64,000 nucleotides of DNA from an uncultured Aquimarina sp. (GCA_947493035.1 CANLOW010000003.1:345193-409192), one strand, 5' to 3'; numbered from the stretch's first letter, positions 30,115 through 40,205 are shown. The notes: generated by a model not told the origin, from the sequence alone. Translations and numbers: made by a program.

Positions 30115-31386
30115 ATGGCTGTAAATCTGCTATTAGGTCTTCAATGGGGAGACGAGGGAAAAGGTAAAATTGTTGATGTTTTAACAAACGACTACGATAT
30201 TATTGCACGCTTTCAAGGTGGGCCAAATGCTGGACACACACTTGAATTTGATGGTTTTAAACATGTGTTACATACCATTCCGAGTGGGATTTTTCACAAC
30301 GACACTATCAATATTATTGGTAATGGTGTTGTTATCGATCCTGTTATTTTAGTTAAAGAATTAAAAAACCTAGACAAGCATAGTGTTGATTATAAATCAA
30401 AATTATTAATCTCTAGAAAAGCACATTTAATTCTTCCTACGCACCGCTTATTAGACCAAGCGAGTGAACTTTCTAAAGGAAAAGCTAAAATTGGTTCTAC
30501 CTTAAAAGGTATTGGACCAACGTATATGGACAAAACAGGTAGAAATGGAATCCGTATAGGAGAATTAGAATTAACTACTTGGAAAGAGCGTTACCGTAAT
30601 CTTGCTAATAAGCACGAAGCTATGATCGAATTTCACGGTGTGGAATTAGAATATGACTTGACTGCATTAGAAGAAGATTTCTTTGAAGCTATTGAAACTT
30701 TAAAAGACTTAACTTTCATTGACAGTGAAGAATATTTATTCGATGCTCAACGTAAGGGAAAGAAAATTTTAGCTGAAGGTGCTCAAGGATCTTTATTAGA
30801 TGTAGATTTTGGCACATACCCATTTGTAACTTCTTCTAATACTACTGCTGCTGGTGCTTGTACTGGTTTAGGAATTGCTCCTAATCGTATCAAAGAAGTC
30901 TTTGGAATTTTCAAAGCTTACACAACTCGTGTTGGTAGTGGACCTTTCCCTACTGAATTATTTAACGAAGAAGGTGCTACCATGGCTAAGGTAGGACATG
31001 AATTTGGTTCTACTACAGGTCGAGCTAGACGTTGTGGATGGTTAGATTTAGTAGCTTTAAAATATGCTGTCGAAATCAATGGAGTAACTCAATTGATGAT
31101 GATGAAAGGTGATGTATTAAGTGGTTTCGAAACATTGAATGTTTGTACTGCCTATAAATACAAAGGAGAAATCATAAAACATTTCCCTTACAATATCGAG
31201 CCTGAAAATGTAGAGCCTATCTATACTGAAGTAAAAGGTTGGAAAGAAGACTTAACTGGAATGACTGACAAGTCTCAATTTCCTAAAGAATTAAACGATT
31301 ATATCTCATTCTTAGAAAAAGAGTTAGAAACTCCAATCACAATTGTTTCTGTAGGTCCTGACCGCAAGCAAACAATCAATATGTAA
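30115..31386 (+). CDS. purA: Adenylosuccinate synthase
   Basis: GLQWGDEGKGK, GGPNAGHT, EGAQGSLLDVDFGTYPFVTSS, VGPDRKQT. Confidence 0.99.
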   Translation: MAVNLLLGLQWGDEGKGKIVDVLTNDYDIIARFQGGPNAGHTLEFDGFKHVLHTIPSGIFHNDTINIIGNGVVIDPVILVKELKNLDKHSVDYKSKLLISRKAHLILPTHRLLDQASELSKGKAKIGSTLKGIGPTYMDKTGRNGIRIGELELTTWKERYRNLANKHEAMIEFHGVELEYDLTALEEDFFEAIETLKDLTFIDSEEYLFDAQRKGKKILAEGAQGSLLDVDFGTYPFVTSSNTTAAGACTGLGIAPNRIKEVFGIFKAYTTRVGSGPFPTELFNEEGATMAKVGHEFGSTTGRARRCGWLDLVALKYAVEINGVTQLMMMKGDVLSGFETLNVCTAYKYKGEIIKHFPYNIEPENVEPIYTEVKGWKEDLTGMTDKSQFPKELNDYISFLEKELETPITIVSVGPDRKQTINM

Positions 31387-31409
31387 GATTGATATTTTCT
31401 GTACAATAC

Positions 31410-31440
31410 AAACCACTCTATTTATAGGGTGGTTTTTTTT
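31410..31440 (+). terminator. Intrinsic terminator of purA
   Basis: AAACCACTCTA-ttta-TAGGGTGGTTT plus T-tract. Confidence 0.85.
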
Positions 31441-31521
31441 GCGTTATGCAAAAAATAATTCAACATACTTACACGAAATTCCTATTAGCAAATCGTATAA
31501 ACCCTATGCACTAATATTCTT

Positions 31522-32733
31522 TTAAAAATCAGGAATATTTTTAAGATCTACTCCAAGCACCCCTTTAGCTATTTTATTTAAATTATTAAAATCTCCTTCA
31601 AAATGAAATGTAGTTTGATAATGTGATAAAGATTCACCATTTTTCAAAGCTTTCGCTTCCGAAGAAGATTCAAATTCAAAAAAGGGCCAATTATGATTTT
31701 CAGCAGGTATCACTTCTCCATTAAAAATATTAATCACATCACCTTTATAAGGATCGGTGATCCCTATAGGATCGGAACTCATATAACGGGCTCCTTTAGT
31801 AAACTTAAACACTACAATACTTAATAATTGCTTGGATAGAGAATAACTTCCCATTACATTTTTCGAATGCGAAGGAGGAATTCCTATTTTATTTAAGTAT
31901 GACGCATCTGATTTAAAATAAACTACATCTTCCTTAATTTGCACTCTATCCAATGTCAAATCGCCGAAATATGGAGTTACTTTTCCTTTCCCTCCACTTA
32001 ATGGTATAATAACTTTATTATCAACACTAGTCAAATTACACCCTAGTTCCCAAATACCGATTAATCCTTTATCAGTCTCCCAATCTGCTCCTTTATTTGT
32101 TATAACTGAGTAAGCATTAAATCCGACATAATCAGTAGTTTCATCTATCACAATATCTAACTGATGCTGTATATCTTCTTTAGAAAGCAATCGAATATGC
32201 CTATCTACTGATAACTGAAAATTGAATCCTTGATAATTAGAAATTTCTACATCTCCCTTTACTGTTATAGAAGTACTATCTTTTTCAACTAACTGAAATA
32301 ATGTTTCCTCTAAACCTTTAGGTGGTCTCATTGCCTTAGGTGTTAATGAATCCCCAGGTTTATGAAAAATAGAAAACTTTCCAAATTCGGGAGCAAACCA
32401 TAGGCGGCTTTCCCCACCGAGGTAAGTCATCGTTTTGTCTGAGTTCCCTTCCTCTAATAATTTCCAATTGATCCAGCCTCTACTTTCTCCATCCCAACCA
32501 TTAGTTGAGCTTGTAAAAACACGACCTTGATAAGATGGGGAAACAGAAATTTTACTATTCCCAGAAGATAATACCACCAAATCTGAGACTTCTGCTTTTA
32601 TATGATCTACAACCTCTTTAAAACTATTTTTTTGCGCACTTACACTTTCGAGACAAAACAATGTAATTAGCACTACAAATCGATTGATAGATAAATTATT
32701 TCTCATAAAAAAACATGACTTTTTATTAGTCAT
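31522..32733 (-). CDS. DUF6786-like secreted protein (possible mutarotase-like beta-sandwich)
   Basis: Signal peptide; YQGRVFTSS, GWIN, GGESRLWFAPE, FFEFESSS motifs. Confidence 0.6.
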   Translation of the reverse strand: MTNKKSCFFMRNNLSINRFVVLITLFCLESVSAQKNSFKEVVDHIKAEVSDLVVLSSGNSKISVSPSYQGRVFTSSTNGWDGESRGWINWKLLEEGNSDKTMTYLGGESRLWFAPEFGKFSIFHKPGDSLTPKAMRPPKGLEETLFQLVEKDSTSITVKGDVEISNYQGFNFQLSVDRHIRLLSKEDIQHQLDIVIDETTDYVGFNAYSVITNKGADWETDKGLIGIWELGCNLTSVDNKVIIPLSGGKGKVTPYFGDLTLDRVQIKEDVVYFKSDASYLNKIGIPPSHSKNVMGSYSLSKQLLSIVVFKFTKGARYMSSDPIGITDPYKGDVINIFNGEVIPAENHNWPFFEFESSSEAKALKNGESLSHYQTTFHFEGDFNNLNKIAKGVLGVDLKNIPDF

Positions 32734-32812
32734 GTTTAAATATATAGATAATGAAATTAGTGAGTACTAATCTATGTCATAAAATACTCATAACCATATT
32801 TAATTTAATCCC

Positions 32813-33517
32813 TTATTTACAAACGTTATTAATTTTAAAAATACCTCTCTCTAAATCTAACCAATTCCACTTTTTATCAACCTTATATTCATCGATACAA
32901 TAATTATTTAAAATAGTATAAAACTTAGAATTTTCTTTATGACCTACTAAAATCAATTCTTTATTTTCTGCTTTAAAATAATACGATAACGGGTAACCTT
33001 CCTCTATCGGTGGCACCGACATACTAGTTCGTGTCTTCGGATTATGAAATACTTTTACAGCATTACACGCCCCTGGATTTGCTAACTGCAAGACCACAGA
33101 CTCCTTTCTCCCTTTGACATCTACAAGTGTTGTCTTTTCGAAATATGCATATCCTTCTTTAATTTTTGCCTTATCAAAATTCAACGAATCAAAAACCCCA
33201 CCTTCTCCAAGGTATTCTTTCAAATCAACATTTTTCGAATATCTTTTTTGAGGAATGTATCCACTTTTAAAATTATCTAAAGGAATTCGATATTCTTGTT
33301 TACTATCATTCTTCAATAATACTTCTTTAAAAAAACCTGACTTACGTTTAAAAATCAATGGGCGACCTATTAAAGTATCTCCTGATTCAGTAATAACAAC
33401 AGCTTCTTCTTGCCTATCGACATGAGAAAATGCTCTTAAGAACTCTTGACCAAAACTTGAAAAAGTTATTAGAGTTAAAAATAAAAGTATTATGTTTTTA
33501 AAAAAACACATATTCAA
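32813..33517 (-). CDS. Secreted hypothetical protein
   Basis: Signal peptide ending SSFG; 234-aa open frame, no recognised motif. Confidence 0.6.
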   Translation of the reverse strand: MNMCFFKNIILLFLTLITFSSFGQEFLRAFSHVDRQEEAVVITESGDTLIGRPLIFKRKSGFFKEVLLKNDSKQEYRIPLDNFKSGYIPQKRYSKNVDLKEYLGEGGVFDSLNFDKAKIKEGYAYFEKTTLVDVKGRKESVVLQLANPGACNAVKVFHNPKTRTSMSVPPIEEGYPLSYYFKAENKELILVGHKENSKFYTILNNYCIDEYKVDKKWNWLDLERGIFKINNVCK

Positions 33518-33530
33518 ATATTAGTAAAAG

Positions 33531-34193
33531 TTATTTTAAATCTTCGTGGTAGCGTTTAATAATTTTTTGATGACTCTTTAAAATTTTACAGACCCAATCG
33601 AAGCGTTTCTGCATTTTTTGCTCTTCTGATAACGACCAATGAATAGCGCTAGACTTTAATTTATCTACTAATTGCTGTAAAATAATTGCTGCTGAAACAG
33701 AAATATTAAGGCTTTCGGTAAAACCATACATTGGGATATGCAATTGAACATCCGATTGTTCTAACACATAATCACTAAGACCTTCCCCTTCTGCACCAAA
33801 AAATAATGCGGAAGGCTTTGAAATATCAAAATCTGAAAGTGAAATACAATTTTTTCCATGAGGAGTTGTAGCTATAATCTGATATCCTTTAGCCCTTAGC
33901 TGATCAACTGTATCCTTAGCGGTATTATACCTATGTACATCTACCCATTTTTGAGCTCCCATAGCGATCTCTCTATCTATGGTTCTCAAGTTTTTTTCTT
34001 CTATTATATGCACATCTTGTATACCAAAAACATCACAACTACGCATTACGGCAGCAGCATTATGCAATTGATATAAATCTTCAACAGCTACAGTCAAGTG
34101 ATAAGTACGATCTTGTAATACACGATGATTATTAGACCTTCTATTTTCTGTTAAAAAAGACTCTAAATAAGTGACTAATGATTCATCAATCAT
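33531..34193 (-). CDS. trmH: tRNA (guanosine-18 2'-O)-methyltransferase, TrmH family
   Basis: HNAAAVMRSCDVFG, AMGAQKW, FFGAEGEG, IPMYGFTESLNISVSAA. Confidence 0.85.
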   Translation of the reverse strand: MIDESLVTYLESFLTENRRSNNHRVLQDRTYHLTVAVEDLYQLHNAAAVMRSCDVFGIQDVHIIEEKNLRTIDREIAMGAQKWVDVHRYNTAKDTVDQLRAKGYQIIATTPHGKNCISLSDFDISKPSALFFGAEGEGLSDYVLEQSDVQLHIPMYGFTESLNISVSAAIILQQLVDKLKSSAIHWSLSEEQKMQKRFDWVCKILKSHQKIIKRYHEDLK

Positions 34194-34714
34194 AGTCCAA
34201 GTCTTAAACCTGTAGTTAAATCTACTTTTACGAAATCTTTTAAACGGACAGGAAAAGCATCTTTGAATTTCGTCGTATTACGAACTTCATACATATAAAC
34301 CCTTGCTTCTGATAACGACAAAAACCTACTAGAAAAATATCTATACCAACCATCAGAACCATAGATCTCTACATAACTATGATAATCTAAATATTCTTGA
34401 CTTAATGGTTCTCTACATGCTGCTACTTGTACCGTATAATAAGAACCATCATTAAGGGTAGATTCTAGTCTTGATAAAATTACTTTTTTAGGCGCTTCTT
34501 CTACAATCTCTTGTTGAATCTCTTCACGAATTTCTTCTTCAACAGGCTCAGAGCTCACAATAGTATCTACGGCTTTTTGATTGGGTGTTTCGTAAATATC
34601 AAAATCGTTGATTCTACGGGCTATTCTACTTACTTCATTAGTATTTGTAGTCTGTGCTATACTTAATAATGTCCCTGTAAAAAACAAGGTGATCGCAACT
34701 AAAGTTATTTTCAT
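34190..34714 (-). CDS. Secreted protein with C-terminal SPOR-like domain
   Basis: Signal peptide, acidic linker, YYTVQVAA...WYRY...EAR...FKDAFPV. Confidence 0.6.
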   Translation of the reverse strand: MKITLVAITLFFTGTLLSIAQTTNTNEVSRIARRINDFDIYETPNQKAVDTIVSSEPVEEEIREEIQQEIVEEAPKKVILSRLESTLNDGSYYTVQVAACREPLSQEYLDYHSYVEIYGSDGWYRYFSSRFLSLSEARVYMYEVRNTTKFKDAFPVRLKDFVKVDLTTGLRLGL

Positions 34715-34760
34715 AAATCTGGGATTGAAGGCACAAATATATAAAAGTGAAATGTGTTCT

Positions 34761-35414
34761 CTAGCAAGACATTTGGATATCTAGTAGGCTATTTTCTATT
34801 CTAAAAACCTGATCACATAAATCTTCTAAAACTTCATGATCATGACTAGCAATAAAAATTACAGAAGAGCTCTCTTTAAAAACCTTTTTAATAAGCTTCA
34901 AAACGCTGTCTTTTGAGGTTTCATCTAATGCCACAAAAGGTTCGTCTAATAATATTACTTTGGCTTTATTGACCAAATTTACAAGTAGTGCTGCCCGTTT
35001 TCTTTGTCCTCCAGAAAGAGCTGAGGGATAATGGTCTTTTAATTTTAAAATATCCATTGTTATTAACCAATCACTGATATCCGCATCTGTTAATGTAGTA
35101 TTAGAAAAACGAATATTTTCGAACAATGTCATATGACTAAACAAAGTCGCGTCTTGAAACAAGTAACTACACGATCGTTCTGTTACTTTCTTATCTAACT
35201 TTTGGTCACTATCAAACCAATGATCGTCTCCTACATTTATATAGCCATTATCTGGCATGGTTAGCCCTGATAACATTCTAAAAAAAGTAGTTTTCCCTAC
35301 TCCTGAATCTCCAGTAATACCAATAATTTTAGGTTTATCGACTGCTACGTTTACCTTCAACTCAAAATCATGATATTTTGTCTTTATTTTTTTTAGTAAC
35401 CCTATTCGAATCAT
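34761..35414 (-). CDS. modC: Molybdate ABC transporter ATP-binding protein (short, no TOBE domain)
   Basis: GDSGVGKT, LSGGQRKR, LLDEPF; operon with modBA. Confidence 0.85.
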   Translation of the reverse strand: MIRIGLLKKIKTKYHDFELKVNVAVDKPKIIGITGDSGVGKTTFFRMLSGLTMPDNGYINVGDDHWFDSDQKLDKKVTERSCSYLFQDATLFSHMTLFENIRFSNTTLTDADISDWLITMDILKLKDHYPSALSGGQRKRAALLVNLVNKAKVILLDEPFVALDETSKDSVLKLIKKVFKESSSVIFIASHDHEVLEDLCDQVFRIENSLLDIQMSC

Positions 35415-36076
35415 CTTCTTTTCTCTTTTTTCATACTTAGAGCTTGAACTGTAACCAAGATTAAAAAACTAATTCCTAATAAAATCAGTGCATAACGATG
35501 GGCTGATTGATAATTTAGTGTTTCAACATATTCAAAGATAGCAATAGAAGCCACTTTAGTCTCTTTTGGAATACTTCCTCCTATCATCAATACAACACCA
35601 AACTCTCCCAAAGTATGTGCAAAAGTTAATATTGCACCTGTTATTATCGATTTAATACTATTGGGTAGTATTACTTTACGAAAAGTTATCCATTTTGACT
35701 TCCCTAACACCTCAGCTAATTCTAACATAGAATGATCTACAGTTTCAAAACCATTTTTCAGTGGTTGAATCATAAAAGGCAAACTATAAATCATAGAAGC
35801 AATTACTAATCCTAAAAAGGAAAATACTAATGATATCCCTGTTAGGTTTTGTAACCAAAGTCCTAAAGGCGATGATGTGCTAAAAGCTAATAACAGATAA
35901 AAGCCTAATACTGTTGGCGGAAGTATGATAGGAAGCCCTAAAATAGCTTCTAATAAAAAACGAATCTTAAATTTGGTATACGCTAAAAAATAAGCTATCG
36001 GAATACCTACGACAAGTAATAAAATAGTAGTCGTCGCTGCTAATTTTAGCGATAGTATTAGCGGTATCCAATCCAT
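35411..36076 (-). CDS. modB: Molybdate ABC transporter permease
   Basis: LPIILPPTVLGFYLL, FAHTLGEFGVVLMIGGSIP. Confidence 0.93.
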   Translation of the reverse strand: MDWIPLILSLKLAATTTILLLVVGIPIAYFLAYTKFKIRFLLEAILGLPIILPPTVLGFYLLLAFSTSSPLGLWLQNLTGISLVFSFLGLVIASMIYSLPFMIQPLKNGFETVDHSMLELAEVLGKSKWITFRKVILPNSIKSIITGAILTFAHTLGEFGVVLMIGGSIPKETKVASIAIFEYVETLNYQSAHRYALILLGISFLILVTVQALSMKKEKRR

Positions 36077-36079
36077 AGC

Positions 36080-36808
36080 TTACAAAGGTACGTATCCATA
36101 TTTATTTAAAATAGCACTACCCTTTTCTCCTTCCACAAATGCTATAAATTGACGGATTCCAATATCATCGTTTATGAGTAAATAAGTATGTACTATATCT
36201 TGTAAGTCTGTAGTATTTATATCTTCAACTATAAATAAAGCAGAATCTAACTGTGCAGCTATAACATTAGCTTTAGATAAAAATGCCACTGAAATATTTT
36301 CAGTCAAAAGATATTGTAGTATTTGATTTACATTTTGTCCGTAAACTAGTTTTTGTTTTATAAGATCATAATTAGGTAGTGATTCTAAAAATTGTGCTGA
36401 CAGTTTTCCATATGGAGCTACTTTCGGGTTAGCAATCCCTATACGATAGCCATCATCCCATTTTTTTTGTTGTAACAACTTTCGATTAGATACTTTGACT
36501 AAATTCCCTTTAGCCAACAGTATGCTTTCTTCTGACAAGGATAATTTTCCTTTTATAAATTGACAATAAGAATCGTCTGCTGAAAAGAAAACATCATAAG
36601 GAGCTCCATGCACTAATTGGCTCGATAATTTTCCTGAAGATGAATGAATTAAATGAATCTCAATATTATTTTCTAACTCATATTGACTTACAAGATCCTC
36701 AAAAACAGGAAATAAACTAGAGGTTACCGCTAATTTAATTTTAGGTTCTTGCTTTTTACACGACAAAAAGTGCAGAAGAACGAAAAAAAGGAGTACAATT
36801 TTTTTCAT
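36080..36808 (-). CDS. modA: Molybdate ABC transporter substrate-binding lipoprotein
   Basis: Lipobox LSC, SSGKL, DVFFSAD, IANPKVAPYG, GQNVNQ. Confidence 0.9.
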   Translation of the reverse strand: MKKIVLLFFVLLHFLSCKKQEPKIKLAVTSSLFPVFEDLVSQYELENNIEIHLIHSSSGKLSSQLVHGAPYDVFFSADDSYCQFIKGKLSLSEESILLAKGNLVKVSNRKLLQQKKWDDGYRIGIANPKVAPYGKLSAQFLESLPNYDLIKQKLVYGQNVNQILQYLLTENISVAFLSKANVIAAQLDSALFIVEDINTTDLQDIVHTYLLINDDIGIRQFIAFVEGEKGSAILNKYGYVPL

Positions 36809-36813
36809 TATTG

Positions 36814-36842
36814 CAAAAATAGACTGTTGCTATATATTTTTG
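36814..36842. promoter_or_regulatory. Back-to-back divergent TAnnTTTG promoters (modA and small ORF)
   Basis: TATTTTTG on minus strand (36814-36821, 5 nt before modA ATG) and on plus strand (36835-36842); the plus copy overlaps TGGCACAGTTTTAGTA, a sigma54-like -24/-12 pattern. Confidence 0.55.
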
Positions 36843-36892
36843 GCACAGTTTTAGTAATTTTAAATAAAGTGTTTAATTAAAATGTTGATGCT

Positions 36893-37048
36893 ATGAAGTA
36901 TTTAACACCTTACATTGAAAAACTTGCAAAGAAAGCAAGTGAAAAAAGTTTAGCCAAACAAGGCGTATCATGTGGAATTTTTCAAGACCTAGACGTAAAC
37001 TTAGGTACTAAAAAATCACGACAGAATTATCATGTAATTTCTAAATAA
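36893..37048 (+). CDS. Small protein, 51 aa (MKYLTPYIEKLAKKASEKSLAKQGVSCGIFQDLDVNLGTKKSRQNYHVISK), below ORF-track cutoff
   Basis: Open frame with AT-rich leader, own promoter candidate upstream and hairpin terminator downstream; fills the modA-glmM gap. Confidence 0.55.
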   Translation: MKYLTPYIEKLAKKASEKSLAKQGVSCGIFQDLDVNLGTKKSRQNYHVISK

Positions 37049-37069
37049 TGAAAAATCATATCAAAATAT

Positions 37070-37108
37070 AAATCCTATTTCCTCTTTATTGAAGAAATAG
37101 GATTTTTT
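37070..37108. terminator. Bidirectional terminator between small ORF and glmM
   Basis: AAATCCTATTTC (37070-81) / GAAATAGGATTT (37094-105), perfect 12-bp stem, T-tract on plus strand. Confidence 0.8.
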
Positions 37109-37121
37109 ATTTGTATTAATC

Positions 37122-38510
37122 TTACAATCCTGCTATACCCTCAATCTCCTTGATTGTTTTTAGGGCTAGGTTGTCAGCCTCTTGTTGAGACTTTGCTTCT
37201 GTATAAATTCTAATAATAGGTTCGGTATTACTTTTTCTAAGGTGAAACCAATTCTCAGCAAAATCTACTTTTACCCCGTCAGTAGTCGTTACATCCTCAT
37301 TGGCATATTTTGAAGCCATTTGTGCTAAAATGTTATCGACATCTAACTCTGGAGTTAATGTAATTTTATTCTTGCTCATAAAATACTGAGGGAATGAAGC
37401 CTTCAACTCACTAACCTTCATTTTCTTCTCCGCTAAATGAGTTAAAAATAATCCAATACCTACTAAAGCATCACGGCCATAGTGAGAAGCTGGGTAAATG
37501 ATACCTCCGTTTCCTTCTCCTCCAATAACCGTATTGGTTGCTTTCATGGTAGTAACCACATTCACTTCTCCAACATTAGCTGCTGTATAAGAACCTCCAT
37601 GTTTTTCTGTTACATCTCTCAAAGCACGGCTAGAAGAAAGGTTAGATACCGTATTTCCCGGTGTTTTACCTAACACATAATCAGCACAAGCCACAAGCGT
37701 ATACTCTTCCCCAAACATCTCTCCATCCTCACTCATAAAAGCCAAACGGTCAACGTCTGGATCTACCGTAATACCTAGATCTGCTTTTTCTTCTACAACT
37801 TTAGCTGCTAAATCTCCCAAATGTTCCTTTAAAGGTTCTGGATTGTGTGGAAAGTGTCCCGTAGGTTCACAGTAAAGTTCTACAACTTCTACACCTAGTT
37901 TTTCTAATAACGGTGGTAAACAAATTCCTCCTGTAGAATTTACTGCATCAACTACTACTTTGAATCCTGCTTCCTTTATTTTTTCTGGCTCCACTAATTC
38001 TAAATCTAACACAGCATCGATATGCTTATCAATATATGTATCATTAGTTTCTATGATTCCTAAATCATCAACTTCAGCAAAACTGTATGCGTCCGCTTCG
38101 GCTATTTGAAGGATTTTCTTCCCTTCTTCTCCATTTAAAAATTCACCTTTGTTATTCAACAACTTTAATGCATTCCATTGTTTTGGATTATGACTAGCCG
38201 TTAAAATAATACCTCCATCAGCAGCTTCTAAAGGAACAGCAATCTCTACTGTTGGAGTTGTTGATAATCCTAAATCCACTACATGAATTCCTAAACCTAC
38301 CAAACTATTCATTACCAATTCCTGAATCATACTTCCCGAAAGACGGGCATCACGACCGACTACTACTTTCGGTGCAGCCTTTCCTGTAGTATCTTTAATA
38401 AAAGTTCCGTAAGCTGAGGCGAATTTTACAGCATCAATCGGAGTTAAATTATCTCCTACAGAACCTCCTATCGTCCCGCGAATCCCTGAAATTGATTTTA
38501 TTAGTGTCAT
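37122..38510 (-). CDS. glmM: Phosphoglucosamine mutase
   Basis: SISGIRG, LTASHNP, DPDVDR, GGEGNGG, RKSNTEP. Confidence 0.9.
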   Translation of the reverse strand: MTLIKSISGIRGTIGGSVGDNLTPIDAVKFASAYGTFIKDTTGKAAPKVVVGRDARLSGSMIQELVMNSLVGLGIHVVDLGLSTTPTVEIAVPLEAADGGIILTASHNPKQWNALKLLNNKGEFLNGEEGKKILQIAEADAYSFAEVDDLGIIETNDTYIDKHIDAVLDLELVEPEKIKEAGFKVVVDAVNSTGGICLPPLLEKLGVEVVELYCEPTGHFPHNPEPLKEHLGDLAAKVVEEKADLGITVDPDVDRLAFMSEDGEMFGEEYTLVACADYVLGKTPGNTVSNLSSSRALRDVTEKHGGSYTAANVGEVNVVTTMKATNTVIGGEGNGGIIYPASHYGRDALVGIGLFLTHLAEKKMKVSELKASFPQYFMSKNKITLTPELDVDNILAQMASKYANEDVTTTDGVKVDFAENWFHLRKSNTEPIIRIYTEAKSQQEADNLALKTIKEIEGIAGL

Positions 38511-38580
38511 TGTATTTCTCTAATTTTTTGAAAGTAAATATAACTTTATTCAACTTAAAATCTGAACAGAAAACCTATCC

Positions 38581-39537
38581 TTATAAATTCACTTCTTCAA
38601 AGTATTCTACGGCTTCTAAAATGGCCTCTAAAGATGAATATTTCGGTCGAAAATGTATTTGTTTTTTTGCTTTTTCGATACTTCCCATTGTTGAGTGCTC
38701 TAAATGTCCCAAAGTAGCTTCAGCGTCCTCTTTAGAAAGGGTCTCTTTAAAATTATCCCAAGGTAAAAAGCGTAAATTAGGTTCCTTTTGATAATGTTTA
38801 CTGATAACTGTAGCAAACCCCTTAAAGGTCATTGCTTGTTCTGCTACAATATTAAAACTCTCCCCAACTGCATTTCCTTTATATTTAATTGCGTTGGCAA
38901 AAGCACTAGCAACATCATCTGCGTGTACATGATGTAAGGTTTCTAAACCCCAATTAGGCATATTTACTTCTCGTCCTTCCCTCAAATCTTTAAATACATT
39001 TGGATTGAAATTCCCTTGTGGATTCACAGGCCACCATCCTTTACCTACAATATGTCCAGGGTGAATCAATGTACACGGAAAACCATTCTCTTTATACTGA
39101 TCTAGTAAAAAGCTTTCAATGGCTACTTTTTTCTTTCCGTATTCACTGAGAGGTTTTCTTGGTTGAGTTTCTACAGTTGGTATAAACTCATTAAAACCAT
39201 GCACCCACAGACTTCCACAGTGTAAAAAATGATTAACATTTCCTTTTAAAGCAAATACCAATTGCTTAGCACTTTCTACATCAAAACAAATCAAATCGAT
39301 CACAACGGAAGGATTAAGTGCTAAAATGGCTTGTCCGAATTGTGCTTTCTTTTCCAATTCGAAACGATCTAATGCAACCATTTGAACAGCATCCCATATT
39401 GAGTCTTTAAAATATGGCTTGGCTACACTTCTGCTAACACACACAACTTCAAAACCATCTTCTACCAATCGTGGAATTAGATACGTACCTATATGCCCTG
39501 TTCCTCCAATAACTACAATTCTTTCCATATTATTCAA
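38581..39537 (-). CDS. NAD-dependent epimerase/dehydratase family protein
   Basis: VIGGTGHIG, YGKKK, HHVHADDVA. Confidence 0.88.
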   Translation of the reverse strand: MNNMERIVVIGGTGHIGTYLIPRLVEDGFEVVCVSRSVAKPYFKDSIWDAVQMVALDRFELEKKAQFGQAILALNPSVVIDLICFDVESAKQLVFALKGNVNHFLHCGSLWVHGFNEFIPTVETQPRKPLSEYGKKKVAIESFLLDQYKENGFPCTLIHPGHIVGKGWWPVNPQGNFNPNVFKDLREGREVNMPNWGLETLHHVHADDVASAFANAIKYKGNAVGESFNIVAEQAMTFKGFATVISKHYQKEPNLRFLPWDNFKETLSKEDAEATLGHLEHSTMGSIEKAKKQIHFRPKYSSLEAILEAVEYFEEVNL

Positions 39538-39617
39538 AACTATTCTTTATCACTAATTTTATAAAAATAGGCCTATATATTCAATTAGTCTCATGCTTTA
39601 TAGTACATTTAGCTACT

Positions 39618-40205
39618 ATGAATTTTCTAGCCCATATATATTTATCGAATAATGATCCTGATATTCAGCTAGGAAATTTTATTGCTGATGCAATCAAAGG
39701 AAAGAAATATCTTGATTATTCAGAAAAAATCCAACAAGGTATCTTACTACATCGAGGTATTGACTCTTTTACTGATAAGCATAGCAAGGTAAAAGAAACC
39801 AAACGCTTCTTTAGTGCTTATGGGCATTACTCAGGAGTAATAACCGATATTATTTTTGACCACTTCTTAGCAAAGCATTGGTTACAATTCCATACTACAC
39901 CTTTAGATGAATTTACAGAATTTTTTTACGTTCTTCTTCATGATCGATTTGAAATACTTCCTGATAGAATTAAAGTTTTTTACCCTGAAATGCGAAAGCA
40001 GAATTGGTTATTAAAATATGCTACTTTAGAAGGGATTAGTGATATTCTATTTCAAATGAATCATCGTACTAGAAACATCTCTAAAATGAATTATGCTATC
40101 ATTGAGCTTAGAGAACATTATGATGCTATTGAACAACTGTTCTTTGAGTTTTTTGAAGATTTGGAAGGTTATGCTTTTTTGAAACAAATGGCTTTGGAAG
40201 CTTAG
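39618..40205 (+). CDS. acpH: Acyl carrier protein phosphodiesterase
   Basis: MNFLAHIYLS, GNFIADAIKG, HRGIDSFTD, DIIFDHFLA. Confidence 0.9.
   Translation: MNFLAHIYLSNNDPDIQLGNFIADAIKGKKYLDYSEKIQQGILLHRGIDSFTDKHSKVKETKRFFSAYGHYSGVITDIIFDHFLAKHWLQFHTTPLDEFTEFFYVLLHDRFEILPDRIKVFYPEMRKQNWLLKYATLEGISDILFQMNHRTRNISKMNYAIIELREHYDAIEQLFFEFFEDLEGYAFLKQMALEA

Noticed and set aside
31446-31514. 22-codon ORF after the purA terminator
   Set aside because: Too short, no promoter or distinctive residues
36826-36846. Possible ModE box upstream of modA
   Set aside because: Only a half-site (GCTATATA); better explained by back-to-back promoter boxes; no modE in the window
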